The notes: generated from the sequence alone by a model not told the origin. A stretch of 63,668 nucleotides of DNA, filler included, from Lenisia limosa (GCA_001655205.1; 8 parts of 8 records of this genome joined end to end with filler, not necessarily neighbours in it); one strand, 5' to 3'; shown: positions 38,151 to 51,888, numbered from the whole stretch's first letter. Numbers and translations are program-made.

Positions 38151-38981
38151 ATATCTTTATTTCATTTATCTTTTTGACTCAATACCATCATGGATCGATA
38201 GGAGCTAGTCAAGTTACCTACTTTGGAGATGAAGTGATAAAAAAAATACCCTCCCCCTGTACTATCTAAAAATAGATTAACTGTACATGTTCAATAATAA
38301 TCAATTGCAGACAATATGGGCATGTATTGAGCAAACAATTCCCAGTAATCCTGGTATTTCTTGAGCTATGAAAAAGTTAAAACATCTTGCGTCTAAAAAA
38401 GAAATTGAACACAGCCTTTTATCATCAGAAAGTATGCCATCAAAGGAAGACTACCCACCAACCTAAAAAAACTGTCCAAAGAGAAAATGGTGAATTAGCC
38501 TACCCAATATTGCCTTCTAAAATGGTAAGAATACTGAAAAAGGGGGGGATATGTCGAAAGGTGGCTAAAAAGACTTTTCACCGAAATATATACTTGAATG
38601 AAGGCAAATGGCGAAAGAAGAAGAATAGATAGACCTACCTTAAAACAGGTTGTTGTCTAAACTAGCAGGTAAAAGTGGAGTTGGCCCCTCTCAGCTTCAT
38701 TTAAATACGCAAAATACTATATATAAACCCCCCAGTGTCATTTTGGTTCACCATTCTGGTTGGGCACGCCCGTCCGGGGGGTTAGTCCCCTGGTACTCAT
38801 TGAAGTTTGTTCAACACATGTCGAAAAGCAAATATAGAAGAGACTTTAATTAAACTAAACAACCAAAAATGTGGGAAACAATATATAATGCATCCCCAGG
38901 TATTACCTCTACACCTCATTTTGAAAAGATTCTGAATTGGAGGTTCACCACATGTTAACCACAGGACCTTGTGTACAAACA

Positions 38982-40762
38982 ATGGCTTCCAATTCTAATG
39001 TCCCACTGTTTAGGGTACGACTGGGAGGCAGTTTTTTTTCATTTACTTCAATATGCCAAAATGATTACTTATTGACTTACCGCTTTACTAGTCGGACATG
39101 TCAACTGGGATGACTCCATCATTTCCATCAATGGTTTGTTCAAAATTCAATAAGTCAGTTTTTCAGCTCTCTCCTGGCTCATCACAGCTTGATGCCATCT
39201 TAACTCGTAAGGCACATTTGGTGAAATCATATTTTAGATGACCAACTATCCCCGTTTGCCCTTTCTCCTCAGCAGAACAATGTATCTGGAATGTACTTAA
39301 TGAGTTCTTATTGGGTGAAATTCTCATATTATCCTTGCAGGCTGTTTCAGACTTAGACCTCGGTCAGAATACCCCCTTTTTGCATACCAGTGTTTCGGAA
39401 CAAGTTTGTCATCTTCGCGTCACTTTTCTCAAACCTCAGGCCCTTCAAATTCCTTCAGCTCTCCCATCAGCAACTGGTTTGGGATCAGGTCTTTTTTCTC
39501 TAACCTGCTTGTAGTGTTTCGGAAACCCTGTTTTTCACGTGTTCTTAAACAAAATAAGGTATGGTCACTTGTTGCTCTTGTTTCTTTATTTCTTTGTTTT
39601 TAACCAAAAGGAAGTAATTCCCTTAGTACGATTGCGTTCAAAGTTCACCCCCATTTTGGTTCAAGTATGTTCTTATCTCTGTAATCTAATCCACCACTAC
39701 TTCAGTTCCGAAATACTGCTATTGATACCATTCAAAAACCTGAGAGCGTCATCCCTGTCGCACAATCTGATGGTACAACTGTTATAAATACAGCTCCATG
39801 TTTTTCTATCGCATCTGTTGGCGTCATCTCTTATTATCATCTTTTAGTCAACTCTACCTGTTTCTATTGTTCCATTAGGAGAGGTTTGGCAGTTTATTTT
39901 GAATTTTTCAGCAAACCAATCCTGCCATTAGTTTTGTTGTTCCAGTGTATGAAGTCAAAAACACCAAGAAAGTGCCGACAGACCAACTTCATATGTTCAC
40001 TGCTGAGGAAATTAAGGTCTTAAAAGTTTGAATATTCATTTTTTAGAGAGCACTTGCAGTAAAGCCGTTGAAGGGAATACCCTGTGGCTATCCTGGCTGC
40101 CACAAGTTTGCCCTCTTTGTTTTTCTGATAGTTAAGAGTGTTTGCATCTGAATCAAAGAGACTCATCCACCTGTCTTCCCATTCCGGTACGATTACAAAG
40201 CTTGAAACACACTAACCAATGGGTGAAATGTGGATGATATGATTTTAATATTTAGAGGAAAGGAATTTTCAGTGTGACTTGTGTGATTCTGCGTTCAAAG
40301 CCAAAAACAATTTGGATCGGTTTGGTCTCTATTTAATAATGCTGTAGGCACTTGAGAGTGACACACAGTCATGAAAGGCCGTATAAGTGCCCAAAAAAAA
40401 ACTGTAACTGTGCGTACAAGTCATTACACGTGGGTTCTTGTCATTTTTATTTATTTTTTTCCAGAGCCTCCAAGTCCATAGCTTGAGCCACCTTGGAAAG
40501 ATATTTGAATGCAATGTTAGTTGTTTCTGGTTTCATCATTTGCTATAGGTGTGTTCAAAAAAATTCTGTACCCCTTTCGCTTTGCGAGTACATAAGAGAG
40601 TTCACACTGGTGAAAGACCCTACTGTGTAAGTAGTAATGCCAATGCTTATTGTTTAGTGTGATCTTTGTTTGAAGACTTTCACCACGAGAGGAAACCTTG
40701 TGAAGCATACAAGATCATCTCATAGTATTAATTTAGCAAAAAGTGCTTGTGTTCCTGTGTAG
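38982..40762 (+). CDS. C2H2 zinc-finger protein, multi-exon; start uncertain
   Basis: Spliced fingers: [87 protein letters not shown]. Stop TAG at 40760-40762. Confidence 0.75.
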
Positions 40763-40810
40763 TTTCAGACAATCATTTTAATGAATATCATAGTTTTATT
40801 GAGAAGAAAA

Positions 40811-43800
40811 TTACTTGACAACAAATCTCTTGGTGTAGAATGATGGAGGGGCTTTTGGTGGAGCCGAAGGAGGGTCTATCAACTGCTGCAAGGGGGAATC
40901 CCAAGAGATATGTAGTGACTAAAATGTAAGAGATGAAAGTAGCTTACCCCTTTGCTAGCTACACACATACAGTAGTGATTCAATAAAAGAGTCCATTCCT
41001 CGAGTTCATCTAATAACTCCAGATTCTCAACTCTAAAATATGAGTAATTTGTATGCAGTTAAAAAAGGAAACAAAAAAAAAACAATGTCTTTATCCTCAT
41101 TACACTAAGGTGATATCAATGATGTTTTTAAAATCACTCCGCCTGTCGTTGTATGTTTATTATCAAGGGATTGGAAAAAATTCTTTTGACACTCAAATTT
41201 TGTAAACATTTAAGTTTGCACAGTTTTGTTTAAAAGATAACACAATTGCCAATTTTCGATAAAAGTGAGGTACATCTATCATCTAACAAAAAATAAAGAT
41301 ACAATCAATAGAAGTTAACAGATTTGGTTTCTAGGCAATATTTTCAGCCCTACCTTTCTATTTCAACTGAAGGGAGAGCGTGATAGATTTGAAGCATAGT
41401 AGTAGCCGAGGCTTGATACCACCCCACCTGTGTGAACCGGGCCTCTGTTATTGTTATCACTATTGAAACGCAAACCTTGAGCCGCTTCATTTGGAAAACT
41501 TGAAAATGAATGAAGAGGTATACCACGTGACTAAAATGTGAACTGTGGCTTTATATATCATATATGTACCTGAATGTTTTTAACCATCATTTGTCCAAAA
41601 GAGGTCTCAGGGTGAATTTGTTCGTAATTAACAAAAGATGCATTGGGAAACTCAAAGATAAGGAATGAAGACATTCACCGAACCTCCGCGCCCCATTCGA
41701 TCACCGCCTGAGCCTCATGCATTTCCAAATACACCAAAACGCACTCTGCTATAAATAAGGTCTTATCCCTGAAATACGATTAAGTTTGCATTTCTTTGCT
41801 TACGACTTGATTAGGCCTGCATCCTTGAGCAATGAGTCCACACTCTGTATATCACATAAGTCACAAGGGAGAAGGTTAAAGCGCGCCGAGGTGACTGAAC
41901 CATTGTCTATTGAGATGAGAAAAGATAGAAAATAATTCAAATTGAAATAGCTTTCAAATAAAAGGCAATCAGCTTCCTAGTTGTTAAATAGAAAAAGACA
42001 TGACTCCTTAATTAGTGTTCCTTGTTTCTTAGATCAAACAAAGAGGATTGAACGTATTGGAAAAATTTTGAAGTGTTTTTGAAATAGTTTTAATGTATGT
42101 TATGAGGACTTCTTTGCCGTTCAGTTGACCCAAAAACTCTTTACTATCGTCCAAGACTATCGCTTAAAAGCCGGCCACATTACCAACATCGGAGCAAACA
42201 AAAGTGATGCCATCCACTCCCTTCCTATTCCTCCTTTGTATATAATAATTCAAAAAATCAAAATAAATTTGATTGTTATGCATTTTATGTTGTTCAGAAG
42301 GACAACTTTCGACAAATATTTCATGAAACTAATCAAATTTGTACTGACTGGCATCCTTAAAACAGGCTGGTAAACCAGAAACTTGGCTGTTTCAATTTTC
42401 AAAATAGAAGTTTACGCCCAGCCATTTCGTCAAAGGAAGAGTAGGGCAATTTTTTTATATATAAAACAGTCCAGACATGAAATTCTAAAAATGGATAAAA
42501 ATGGCTTGGAATGTGATGAGGTCACAATTGTCTTTGAAATTCTTCATATATTTTGTTTAAACCCCAAAAAGGTGGGAAAGCCCAAAAACCTCTCAAATTG
42601 GAACACCCCTAAGTCAGGAAAATTGGCATTTAAAGCAGGTATGTCACTGAGAAACCTGGCTCGGATTTTGTCAACTTTCACGCTATTTTTCACCAAATTA
42701 AAACACTTATGCTGAAAAACTCTCTAGAACTCTTAACAATCATTTGAAACGAAAATAAAATGGAAATATCCACAATATTTCACGATTTTGGTCCTGATGA
42801 CGTGGCAGTTCTCAGTGACATACATGTACCTGCTTTAAATTTTGTTTTCTACCAAAGCTGTTTTGTATTATTTTTTAGTTTTAAGGTTTGATATGGCTTA
42901 TAAATGGGTCAGACGGGCCAACTTAAGTTCTAAAATTTTCATCGTTTTGATGCGCTGATTTTTCACGGTATGACATATTTTTTTATTTCATTTCGTTAAA
43001 ACACATCATCGAAATATATTATAAAATTATGTCCAAAAAAAGTACAAAATATAATGACACACTTTTCAGAAAATAAGACCTTTTTGCCATAAGTTATAAG
43101 GAAAACATATTGCCATTACTAAAATAATTCCAAAGGTATGTTAACAAATTGTAAAACTCTCACTAAAAGACAAAGCATAATCTTTACTACCTTTATCAGA
43201 TAAAAAAAAAAAAAAAAAAAAANNNNNNNNNNNNNNNNNNNNNNNNNNNNNNNNNNNNNNNNNNNNNNNNNNNNNNNNNNNNTGTTACTTATAATGAAAT
43301 TGCGTACAAAGAGCTTTACACAATCATAATATTTCAACAATCCAGAAATATCTTAATCTCATACCAACTTGAAAACACTGGATCGTCGAGGAAGTCTCTC
43401 AACTCAGGGAACCTCCTGATGATTCCGGCTTTCTTTAGAGTTACCTCAGGTTGATCAACTTCAAACCATTTTACATCGTTTCCAACCCTTTGAGACTAGA
43501 TAAATCAATTAAGGGAGTTGGATTGGCCTTACATTCATCACAAAAAACAATGAGTCAAAACCTGCTCCAAGATTTACAACTTGTTTCCCACCTAAAAAAA
43601 AACATTATACTTGTGTTCATTCACTCAATTTATAAACCGACCTTGCTCAAGAAATACTTTGATGACATGATGGATACCTTGAACCTAACAATAACCTCTT
43701 AAAAAGCTTACTCTTGCATAATAGCCCCTTCTCATGAGCGGTGAAAATTCTCTTTTGAAACTATGACGTAAATTAAAAACCCCAAAGAATAGATGAAGCC

Positions 43801-43964
43801 ACTATTTCAACATTAAGACAACAAAAAATATAATAAACACAATGACCCGGTTCAACTAACCTAAATCGCTTGACAAAAGGATCAGTAATATAACCTGAAT
43901 CTGCAAGTGATCTGATAGTGTCACTAATAGAATCCAAACCGTTTAGCGGCGGTGCAATCCTCAT
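40811..43964 (-). CDS. LCMT1: Leucine carboxyl methyltransferase 1 (PP2A methyltransferase), multi-exon
   Basis: LADSGYITDPFVKRF, GYYAR, QVVNLGAGFDSLF, WFEVDQPEV, TLFIAECVLVYL, FVNYEQIHPETSFGQMM and VENLELLDELEEWTLLLNHYC all match LCMT1/PPM1 in order. Confidence 0.88.
42634..42834. mobile_element. 201-bp Kolobok-like non-autonomous element (TTAA TSD) in an LCMT1 intron
   Basis: TTAA|AGCAGGTATGTCACTGAGAA ... TTCTCAGTGACATAC(ATGT)ACCTGCT|TTAA, with TSDs at 42630-42633 and 42835-42838. TTAA plus AG-starting TIRs is the Kolobok pattern. Confidence 0.7.
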
Positions 43965-44159
43965 TTGTTGCCTGAATTGCCCTCACAGGATCATTGTGCA
44001 CTCTCGAAAAAAATGACATGTTCGTGCCAAATTCAGAATAGGCCCACTCTGAACAAACTTCGAACAAACTCCTCGGCTTCCAGCAGGGGACCCTGGTGCC
44101 GGGCCACAAAAATGACAGGGGTCAATATGATAAACCTGGGGGACCGAAATAACGTTATT

Positions 44160-44259
44160 NNNNNNNNNNNNNNNNNNNNNNNNNNNNNNNNNNNNNNNNN
44201 NNNTTAATTAATTAANNNNNNNNNNNNNNNNNNNNNNNNNNNNNNNNNNNNNNNNNNNN
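44160..44259. other. Artificial scaffold linker
   Basis: TTAATTAATTAA at 44204-44215 flanked by 44 N on each side. Confidence 0.97.
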
Positions 44260-44701
44260 CCTCTGGAACAGTGGTGGGGGGGGGGTGAGCTGTTTTCTTC
44301 CATCATTTATTTTGTCTTCTTAATTGTTTTATTGTTATTTTGTACCAAATAGCATTCCGTCAGGCCTTTATCCGTTCACCTGTTTCACTGTGCTTGCCCC
44401 TCTCAAGTTAACGATCCACATATGTAGTTTATTTCCGTATTCATCAAAGCTATACACAGTATATTATATATTGTCAGTGATCAGCCAGTGTATCATATCA
44501 TATGTGCATATATCCGTGGTCAAATCTTTACATGTTATATTATATATTCTTAATCAACCAAAGCAATGTTCATCATCAATGTTGGCCCTTACTTTTAACC
44601 ACATCAGAGCCCNNNNNNNNNNNNNNNNNNNNNNNNNNNNNNNNNNNNNNNNNNNNNNNNNNNNNNNNNNNNNNNNNNNNNNNNNNNNNNNNNNNNNNNN
44701 N

Positions 44702-45657
44702 ACTCATAACGAAGAAGCTCCACTACCACCTGCTGTCATTAACAGTCGTCCGGCTGAGCATATCGTGATTGATGATGATGAAACACATGACGATGACGAG
44801 CCTGATGATGAGGATGACTGGGAGGATGTCGACATGAACGAAGATCTGTTTTCCGGAGATCAAGCCGTGGATGCTCCAATGAACAGTGGAGATCAGCCTT
44901 TGTTGGACTTCTTCCGAGAGGCTGAAGGTAATGACAGCGAAGAGGGTGACGATGTTTCCTCAGACGACGCTATGAACTCTTTGATTGAAGTCTTGCGAGA
45001 TGAGGAAAACGATAGCAATGAAGATGAGGAGGTTACTAATGGTATGCTGGGGAGGTTTACAGGAAGCTGTATGACAGAGTTGTAAGGCAATGAATTATTA
45101 TAAAGGTGATGGTGTGGATGGTTTCGGACCGATAGTGTTTATATTTATTTCCAATCGCTACATATGATAAAAAAATTTCTATTTTGGTACATGCAATTCC
45201 TTCTCTTCTTGCAATTTCATTCTGTGGTTTGTTTCATGAATTGTCGAATCTCACTCCCCTCCCCTCAGAGTCAGATTTCTCCGATCAAGTTGCTGACGAT
45301 GTTGACCAAGAGGAGCTGGAAGGCGAACTGGAAAACATGCTCCGGCATATCGGGGAGTTTAGTGTAGGATGGATATTATTTTGGAATTCCGTATTATAAT
45401 ATCCTTTTTTCAGCTAAGGGAGTTGAGCACACGATGGGCATATTATGACCTTCAGTATCCCTTTAAGCTTGATAATGTGGATGTCTTCTGCAAAGCCTTT
45501 TTTTTTCGTTATTTGGGAGTTTAGCCTCTTAGTATGGTGGGGGCGGCTTTCTACATATCTTGCCTCATCTTCCAGTCTCATGATCCTGAGGCCACACGAG
45601 AATTTCTCCAACAAGTTATCGAAATCCAATCTTCAGGAGATGTTGGCCGTGAGAGGG
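44702..45657 (+). CDS. Partial hypothetical protein with a long acidic region, multi-exon
   Basis: An Asp/Glu-rich exon (44702-45031) is followed by GT-AG exons ELEGELENMLRHIGEFS|LRELSTRWAYYDLQYPF and SHDPEATREFLQQVIEIQ. No family recognised. Confidence 0.4.
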
Positions 45658-45676
45658 TAGTACTCGTGTTATTTTT

Positions 45677-45762
45677 TGAGTATTCACTTTTATTCCAAAA
45701 AAAGAATCCTCGATAAATCCTCGATATTTTATCTGTCTTTTGGAACCGAAAGTGAAGCTCTA
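45677..45762. mobile_element. Degenerate copy of the hAT-like MITE family
   Basis: Reverse-orientation match to 50474-50572 (CTCGATAAATCCTCGATATTTTATCTG...TTGGAACCGAAAGTGAAGCTCTA). TSD not preserved. Confidence 0.5.
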
Positions 45763-46399
45763 ATTTGTATGATTTAAGGACATGAAATTGCTGCGATGGG
45801 AATACCTTTTTCTGTACAGTCTAACCATTTCTTTTTTTGAGAGCAAGACCCATAAAACCAAATCTCTGTTTTGGGAATACCTTTTTCGTATATTCTTACT
45901 GATATTCGGAAGCACGATGATACATATATTTGCGACTTAATTATCCTCTCTTTTATTTTTCGTTTTAGTTTATTTTGTTATTCTTTTCTCTCTTTTTTAG
46001 CGTCGACTTTTTTGATTATTATTGATACTAATTTCGACATTTTTTGAATTGATTCTATTCTATATGTACTAGATCATATGACAAATAATATTATACTGTC
46101 CATATATTACAAAGGGTTTCAAACTGACTGCCTACCATATCGAGACCTTGTCTTGCATTTGAAGAGCCAAATAGAGACTCCTTTCTCAGAGAACTGAATA
46201 TGTTCCCATTTGAGGTACTGGTGTCCCGCCAGTCCTCATGCCAACGAAAAAGCTGGCTGTCAGGAAGGCCTGATAATATTATGAAAGGAAAGTGTTTTAA
46301 AAAATGAGGTTTCGCATGGGTGTGAATAGGTTCTTTGTTGTTATGATTTCCTGAAATTTAAAACCCTATTGCAAAAGAACACCATTTACTCCTTTTTTG

Positions 46400-47045
46400 C
46401 TTAACTCTCTAAGCCAATCTCAACATATTCACCCCATGCATGATACACGCATTGGTGTCATATTGCTTGCGGAGTTCACCTGGAGTATAAGACTGTTTAA
46501 TTTTGTATTGGAACACGGGGTTGTCATATCAGCTGCATACCACGGAGAGCTTGGCAATGTGCTTGAGGTGATGGAACTTGAGCGCTGCAGCGCTGGTTGA
46601 CGTCTACCAATCATCCGCTAAACAAAATCAAACACGGCTCCAAGAATAGTCATAGCAGCTCATGGACCTTGGGGGATTTGGTGGGGATATGTTTGGCAAA
46701 TCGGCCATAGCCGGAGAACACAAACGCAAAACCAAGACCATTTGACCAATATAACTGGCCTAATGAGCAGTGAAATAAAAGAACAAACCAAGCCACATTT
46801 ATTCAAAATCACATATATTTATTATCTCAGCATACAGAGCACTTATTAACCATTTGGCCAGGCTTGGTAGGTGAGGGACCTTGAGGCGCATAGTGACCAT
46901 GGTGGCTAAGATAAAGTCCTGGGCGGAGTCACGAAAGGCATTCTTGAGACAGTGGAGTCGAGGGCAGCGTCCAACTCAGACTCGGTAGTGGCGTTGCAGA
47001 TGGTATTAAACAGCTGACCGGTGTCAACGCTATCTCCGTAGGTAG
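46400..47045 (-). pseudogene. Mutator/MULE-transposase-like remnant
   Basis: LFNTICNATTESELDAAL...(frameshift)...W|GQLYWSNG...TSTSAAALKFHHLKH resembles the MULE C-terminal half (A.TEEEF...W...TNN..E..H..LK), with the catalytic Glu missing. Weak, memory-based call. Confidence 0.33.
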
Positions 47046-47515
47046 AGAAACCACGCCATCAATAGTGTCGGTCATTTCAGTGTCTACTCTAGTTAACCAA
47101 AAATCGTAAAATTATATTTAAACATCTTCCAATCAGTACTGTCAATTGTGAATAACTTATGGTTTATTGGATATCCCAGTGGAAAATAAAACTAGTGAGT
47201 AAATAAAACTAGTGTTTGGACCAGAATGAAGCTCCCTATTTCAGAAACCATCCTCTTTGTTGTTCTCATTTTATTTTGGGTCTGGTGAATGCTTGGTTTG
47301 CCTCTCTTTTTTGCTCCAAGGTACAGTACGTATATTACAAAGATGGGAAAGAACTCAAAATGAACTTATTCCTGCAGGTCTGGGCACGCTGATAAACAAC
47401 TTCCTGCCTCGACTGATGCCCAGTGCTAGTGTAGTGGACTGGAGTAATGTTGACCTTAATAAGTTCGTCCAACTGAAAGGTTGGGGGGGGTGGGCTTAAG
47501 AGGAATATATGTATA

Positions 47516-47593
47516 CAGTGACCGTGTTAAGTCTTGACCGATTTTCCTTGGGAAATCACATAGCAGATCGGTCAAGACTTATCCTGGTCGCTG
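47516..47593. mobile_element. 78-bp Tc1/mariner-like MITE, copy 1
   Basis: TA|CAGTGACCGTGTTAAGTCTTGACCGA...TCGGTCAAGACTTATCCTGGTCGCTG|TA, with about 26-bp TIRs and a TA TSD. Homologous to 51889-51965 and 59019-59097. Confidence 0.82.
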
Positions 47594-48852
47594 TAGGTGT
47601 GGGGGAAGTGGGGCTACTCATTTGGCTCCGCATAGAGAGATAAGGGATAATATATTATATTATAATAGGTGGGGCTTTAGAAAGTTGGCCCCGCATAGAG
47701 AGATTATTGGTGGACTGAAGCAATGTCACCTTGTTTAGTTTGTTCATCTTAGAGGAGGGGAGGCTAATTACGTGACCAATATAATTATTCATCACAACTA
47801 CTTAGTACCCTCCTTATTAGGGCTTCCCTGCAGTCCCAAAAAAAAGCTGAATAAATATCGATATTGTACCAGNNNNNNNNNNNNNNNNNNNNNNNNNNNN
47901 NNNNNNNNNNNNNNNNNNNNNNNNNNNNNNNNNNNNNNNNNNNNNNNNNNNNNNNNNNNNNNNNNNNNNNTGCTACAGAAGCGACTGGTTTGGACTTTGT
48001 TCTGCCCGCAACATAGTTGATATGGGCTTTTAAAAAATTATATCATATAGTATATATATATATATATTATATATTATATATACTGTGTGTGTGTGTGTTT
48101 ACCATCCAGCGCCTCCCATTAACACCTATCCAGAGGGCCCAGACTTTACGATGCAACATCGCGAGGGAAATACCATTCGAACGGCCGACCGCGTTTTTCA
48201 GATTGAACGCTTGGCGCAGGGCGAGTGGGGGGGGGGGTCACGNNNNNNNNNNNNNNNNNNNNNNNNNNNNNNNNNNNNNNNNNNNNNNNNNNNNNNNNNN
48301 NNNNNNNNNNNNNNNNNNNNNNNNNNNNNNNNNNNNNNNNNNNNNNNNNNNNNNNNNNNNNNNNNNNNNNNNNNNNNNNNNNNNNNNNNNNNNNNNNNNN
48401 NNNNNNNNNNNNNNNNNNNNNNNNNNNNNNNNNNNNNAACAAAAAACCTGGAAAGCCATTCAGGCCTACTTCTCACTCGCAGTGTCGTCAACATTGAAGA
48501 TGCCATTCTGAGCATGTACAGCTTTGACTTGGTGTGTGGGGAGCAGTGAACCGAAAAGATCGAAATCTATTGTTGTTCATACCCCTATCTCCTCACCCCA
48601 CAATCAAATTGTTTGCTAGTTGTACGCCACCCCCACCCCTTTTATATAGTATTATGTACATATTAAATACTGCTATATATGTTATATGTTATACATGTAC
48701 ATAGTATATAATTTTTTTCATATGTTACCCCCTCCCCCCAGGCCCGAAATGAGCCCCTCCCTCCCGCAGTCAAATCCCTGCTAATCGGTCCGAAACTGGG
48801 CATTCGCACCCCCGCGGAACTCCAAAAACTCCTTCCGAAATACGCGGCCACG

Positions 48853-48952
48853 NNNNNNNNNNNNNNNNNNNNNNNNNNNNNNNNNNNNNNNNNNNNTTAA
48901 TTAATTAANNNNNNNNNNNNNNNNNNNNNNNNNNNNNNNNNNNNNNNNNNNN
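48853..48952. other. Artificial scaffold linker
   Basis: TTAATTAATTAA at 48897-48908 flanked by 44 N on each side. Confidence 0.97.
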
Positions 48953-49089
48953 TGTTTCTAAAAAGCGTTCGCGTTCATGGGAGTGTTCGCGTTCATGTAT
49001 AGTCACCTATGTGGATATTATGAATAATTTTAATAAAAAAGGGTGTACCCCACTCAACCTCTATCATTTTGAGCGACAATTACTCCTGG

Positions 49090-49922
49090 GCCAGCAACCC
49101 CCGCGCTCAGCCATGACGTTGAAGTTTGAGGCACAGCCGTCCACGGGTACAACCCGGCCGGGTGCCATGCTATGGACTCGGGATGGTTGGGATGGGGCGG
49201 GAGAATGACCTGGGGAGGGAGGCATGTGAGTGGAAAGATATGTAAACTAAAAAAGGAGACTAAACAATTTATACTTTTTATAGAACTACACTTTTCATTC
49301 TAAAAGATGGGAGGTTCAAAAAAGTGAAGCTCTACAAGTGCTAACAATAAAGATGACAATAAAACACGACAGAACAGAAGCTCACGGAATCTTCAGGCAC
49401 AACAAGCGGGAAGGCAAGCGGAAGAGCCACATTTGAGTGGTGGATCGGAATTAACAGAGCCTCACTTCCTAGATTGACCGAAATAGCCTGATCGCCGAGA
49501 GCAAACGACATCAGCGTCGGAAGTTGGATGCCCAAATAACCGTTCGGAAGCCACGCGATTCCCGACACTTCCGAACACATCCGCGCCATTTCGCTGGAGG
49601 GTGCCGGCTGGCGAAGCGGTTGTGCGTTGTGTAGCCACCATTTGGACGGCTGTTCCAAGACGGCATCTCTCAACTGCCCGCAAATCAGGAGCTTATGGTC
49701 AATATCGGCTGAGCTGGAGTGCCCCGGACGCACCCGGGTACTCACGTTCCTTTCCATCTGGTCCAAAACCAGGTCCGCAATGACTTCTTCTTCTTCTGAT
49801 TCCTCTTCTTCATCCTCCTCGGAGCTGCCTTCCTCTTCATCTGCGTCACCATCATCGGAATCTTTGTCGGAAGTTGAACCATTGCTGCTAACCGAAGTTG
49901 CCTCTTTTGGAAGTTCCATCAC
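49090..49922 (-). CDS. Hypothetical protein fragment with acidic N-terminal tract
   Basis: A 193-codon ORF (49341-49922) has a D/E-rich tract followed by a globular-looking segment, with a probable further exon at about 49090-49200. No family recognised. Confidence 0.4.
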
Positions 49923-50473
49923 TCGCCATGAAAGTGGCTATTAGGGTAAATGGGGATGGATATAATATTCACGATTCGAATGATTTGGGTTTTGACACAT
50001 TTCCAAATACTGTGAAATAGTGAAAGAAGAAGCTTGGAGATGAATTGTGTATGATATGAAATAGCAATAACAATTTATACCAAATGGGATTTGAAGAGGG
50101 ATGAATGGATGTTTATAATATGTGAATATCATATCATACGTTTTAATCAAGTCCAATTATACTCATTTATGAATAAATATCTTATCCTATAGGTAGATAT
50201 GAGAAATAAAACATGCTTGTATCTGGCAGAAGCTGCCACACCATCACGCTTAAGAGATTGTATAGTAGTATCTCGCCAAAGCCGTTCACAGCATCACGCT
50301 TATAGAACATACAGCCTGTAGAAGAAGGTGAATCTGTCACAGACCCTTACTTTTGAGGGTTTTAAGGACTCTAAAGGCCAAACTCCAGTTCCGTATCCTG
50401 CAGGAGTTACATACAACGAAAAAAAAAAAAACGTCTCCGTATTCCGAATACACCACTATTTCTCTATTCACAC

Positions 50474-50572
50474 TAGGGCTTCACTTCGGTTCGAAAAAAA
50501 CCGATAAAATATCGATAGTTTTCGAGGATTTATCGAGAAATTCAATCTTTTTCGAACCGAAGTGTAGCTTTA
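50474..50572. mobile_element. 99-bp hAT-like MITE with perfect 8-bp TSD
   Basis: ATTCACAC|TAGGGCTTCACTTCGGTTCGAAAAA...TTTTTCGAACCGAAGTGTAGCTTTA|ATTCACAC. TAGGG-starting TIRs and an 8-bp TSD are hAT hallmarks. Confidence 0.85.
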
Positions 50573-51468
50573 ATTCACACCATTTACCCCTCTATCCTAT
50601 CACCCCCACACATGTACAACTTCAATCATACGCCACCCTCTCCAACTTCCTTACCCCCCCCCCCCAACCNNNNNNNNNNNNNNNNNNNNNNNNNNNNNNN
50701 NNNNNNNNNNNNNNNNNNNNNNNNNNNNNNNNNNNNNNNNNNNNNNNNNNNNNNNNNNNNNNNNNNNNNNNNNNNNNNNNNNNNNNNNNNNNNNNNNNNN
50801 NNNNNNNNNNNNNNNNNNNNNNNNNNNNNNNNNNNNNNNNNNNNNNNNNNNNNNNNNNNNNNNNNNNNNNNNNNNNNNNNNNNNNNNNNNNNNNNNNNNN
50901 NNNNNNNNNNNNNNNNNNNNNNNNNNNNNNNNNNNNNNNNNNNNNNNNNGAATGTTGTAGTAAAGTTACAAATCTCGAAAAAAACAAAAAAACAGAAAAC
51001 ACACACAAAAAACAACCCGGCTTGGGGGGCCGCGCTGTGGTCTGGGTTAATATATAAATAATGGTTTGGAAAATGATTGTGTTAATTAGAGGCCAAATAT
51101 GGTGGTAGGGCAGCAGATGGACGGTATGTGGATATCTGAAAGGGGGGGGGGTGAAAAATGGAACATTTATAAAACCAAAAAATCTTATAGATTTTTGGGT
51201 GATTTCCAAGAGCGAAAAAAAGGTATTGAAACAAATTACGACAAAACCCCCCCACCCAAAATTATCTCTGGAAGGGGTGCGGGTGACTGTAACATAGGGT
51301 GCAATAATTTTGATCAAGATTTATGTAGTACTCGATCGTATCATATAAAAAACATCCCGGGGGACGTAAAAACTGTGTACTTGAATAGGAGGGGGGGTCT
51401 TACCTGAGACACAAGCCGGGGGAAGCTCAGAATGTAGACCTCCGATGATGACTCTGGATGGTGATTGT

Positions 51469-51544
51469 TGGCTTCCTTAAGGTACGAAAAGTATTGAAGA
51501 TTTATCGAGAAATTCAGTCTTTTTTGGACTGTAGGGAAGCCTTA
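51469..51544. mobile_element. Degenerate hAT-like MITE copy
   Basis: Shares GATTTATCGAGAAATTCA(A/G)TCTTTTT with 50474-50572 and is flanked by the 7/8-identical TSD GTGATTGT/GTGACTGT. Confidence 0.6.
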
Positions 51545-51888
51545 GTGACTGTTTATATGTAGTTCGGCTCTGTATAGGACTAATAGGTAATATGATAGGA
51601 AAATCCGAAGAATTTAAGGCAGTAGATGCGCCATATTGCTAACAATCAACAAAACCGTCCCCAGCCACCAACCAAAAGGCTGTAGTCCAACAGTGCATCC
51701 CGAGGGTGACACTGTCATGCTTAATTGCCCTATTAAGTAAGGAGACAATATAATAAGTTTGGAACAAAAAAAATTAACCTTGTCTTGCGAAATACAATGT
51801 AAAACAAATACTATGTATGTATAAATGGATATTCTTTATCTTAAGTAAATCCTGTCAGAATTTATCGCAGCTACTGTATGAATCTATA

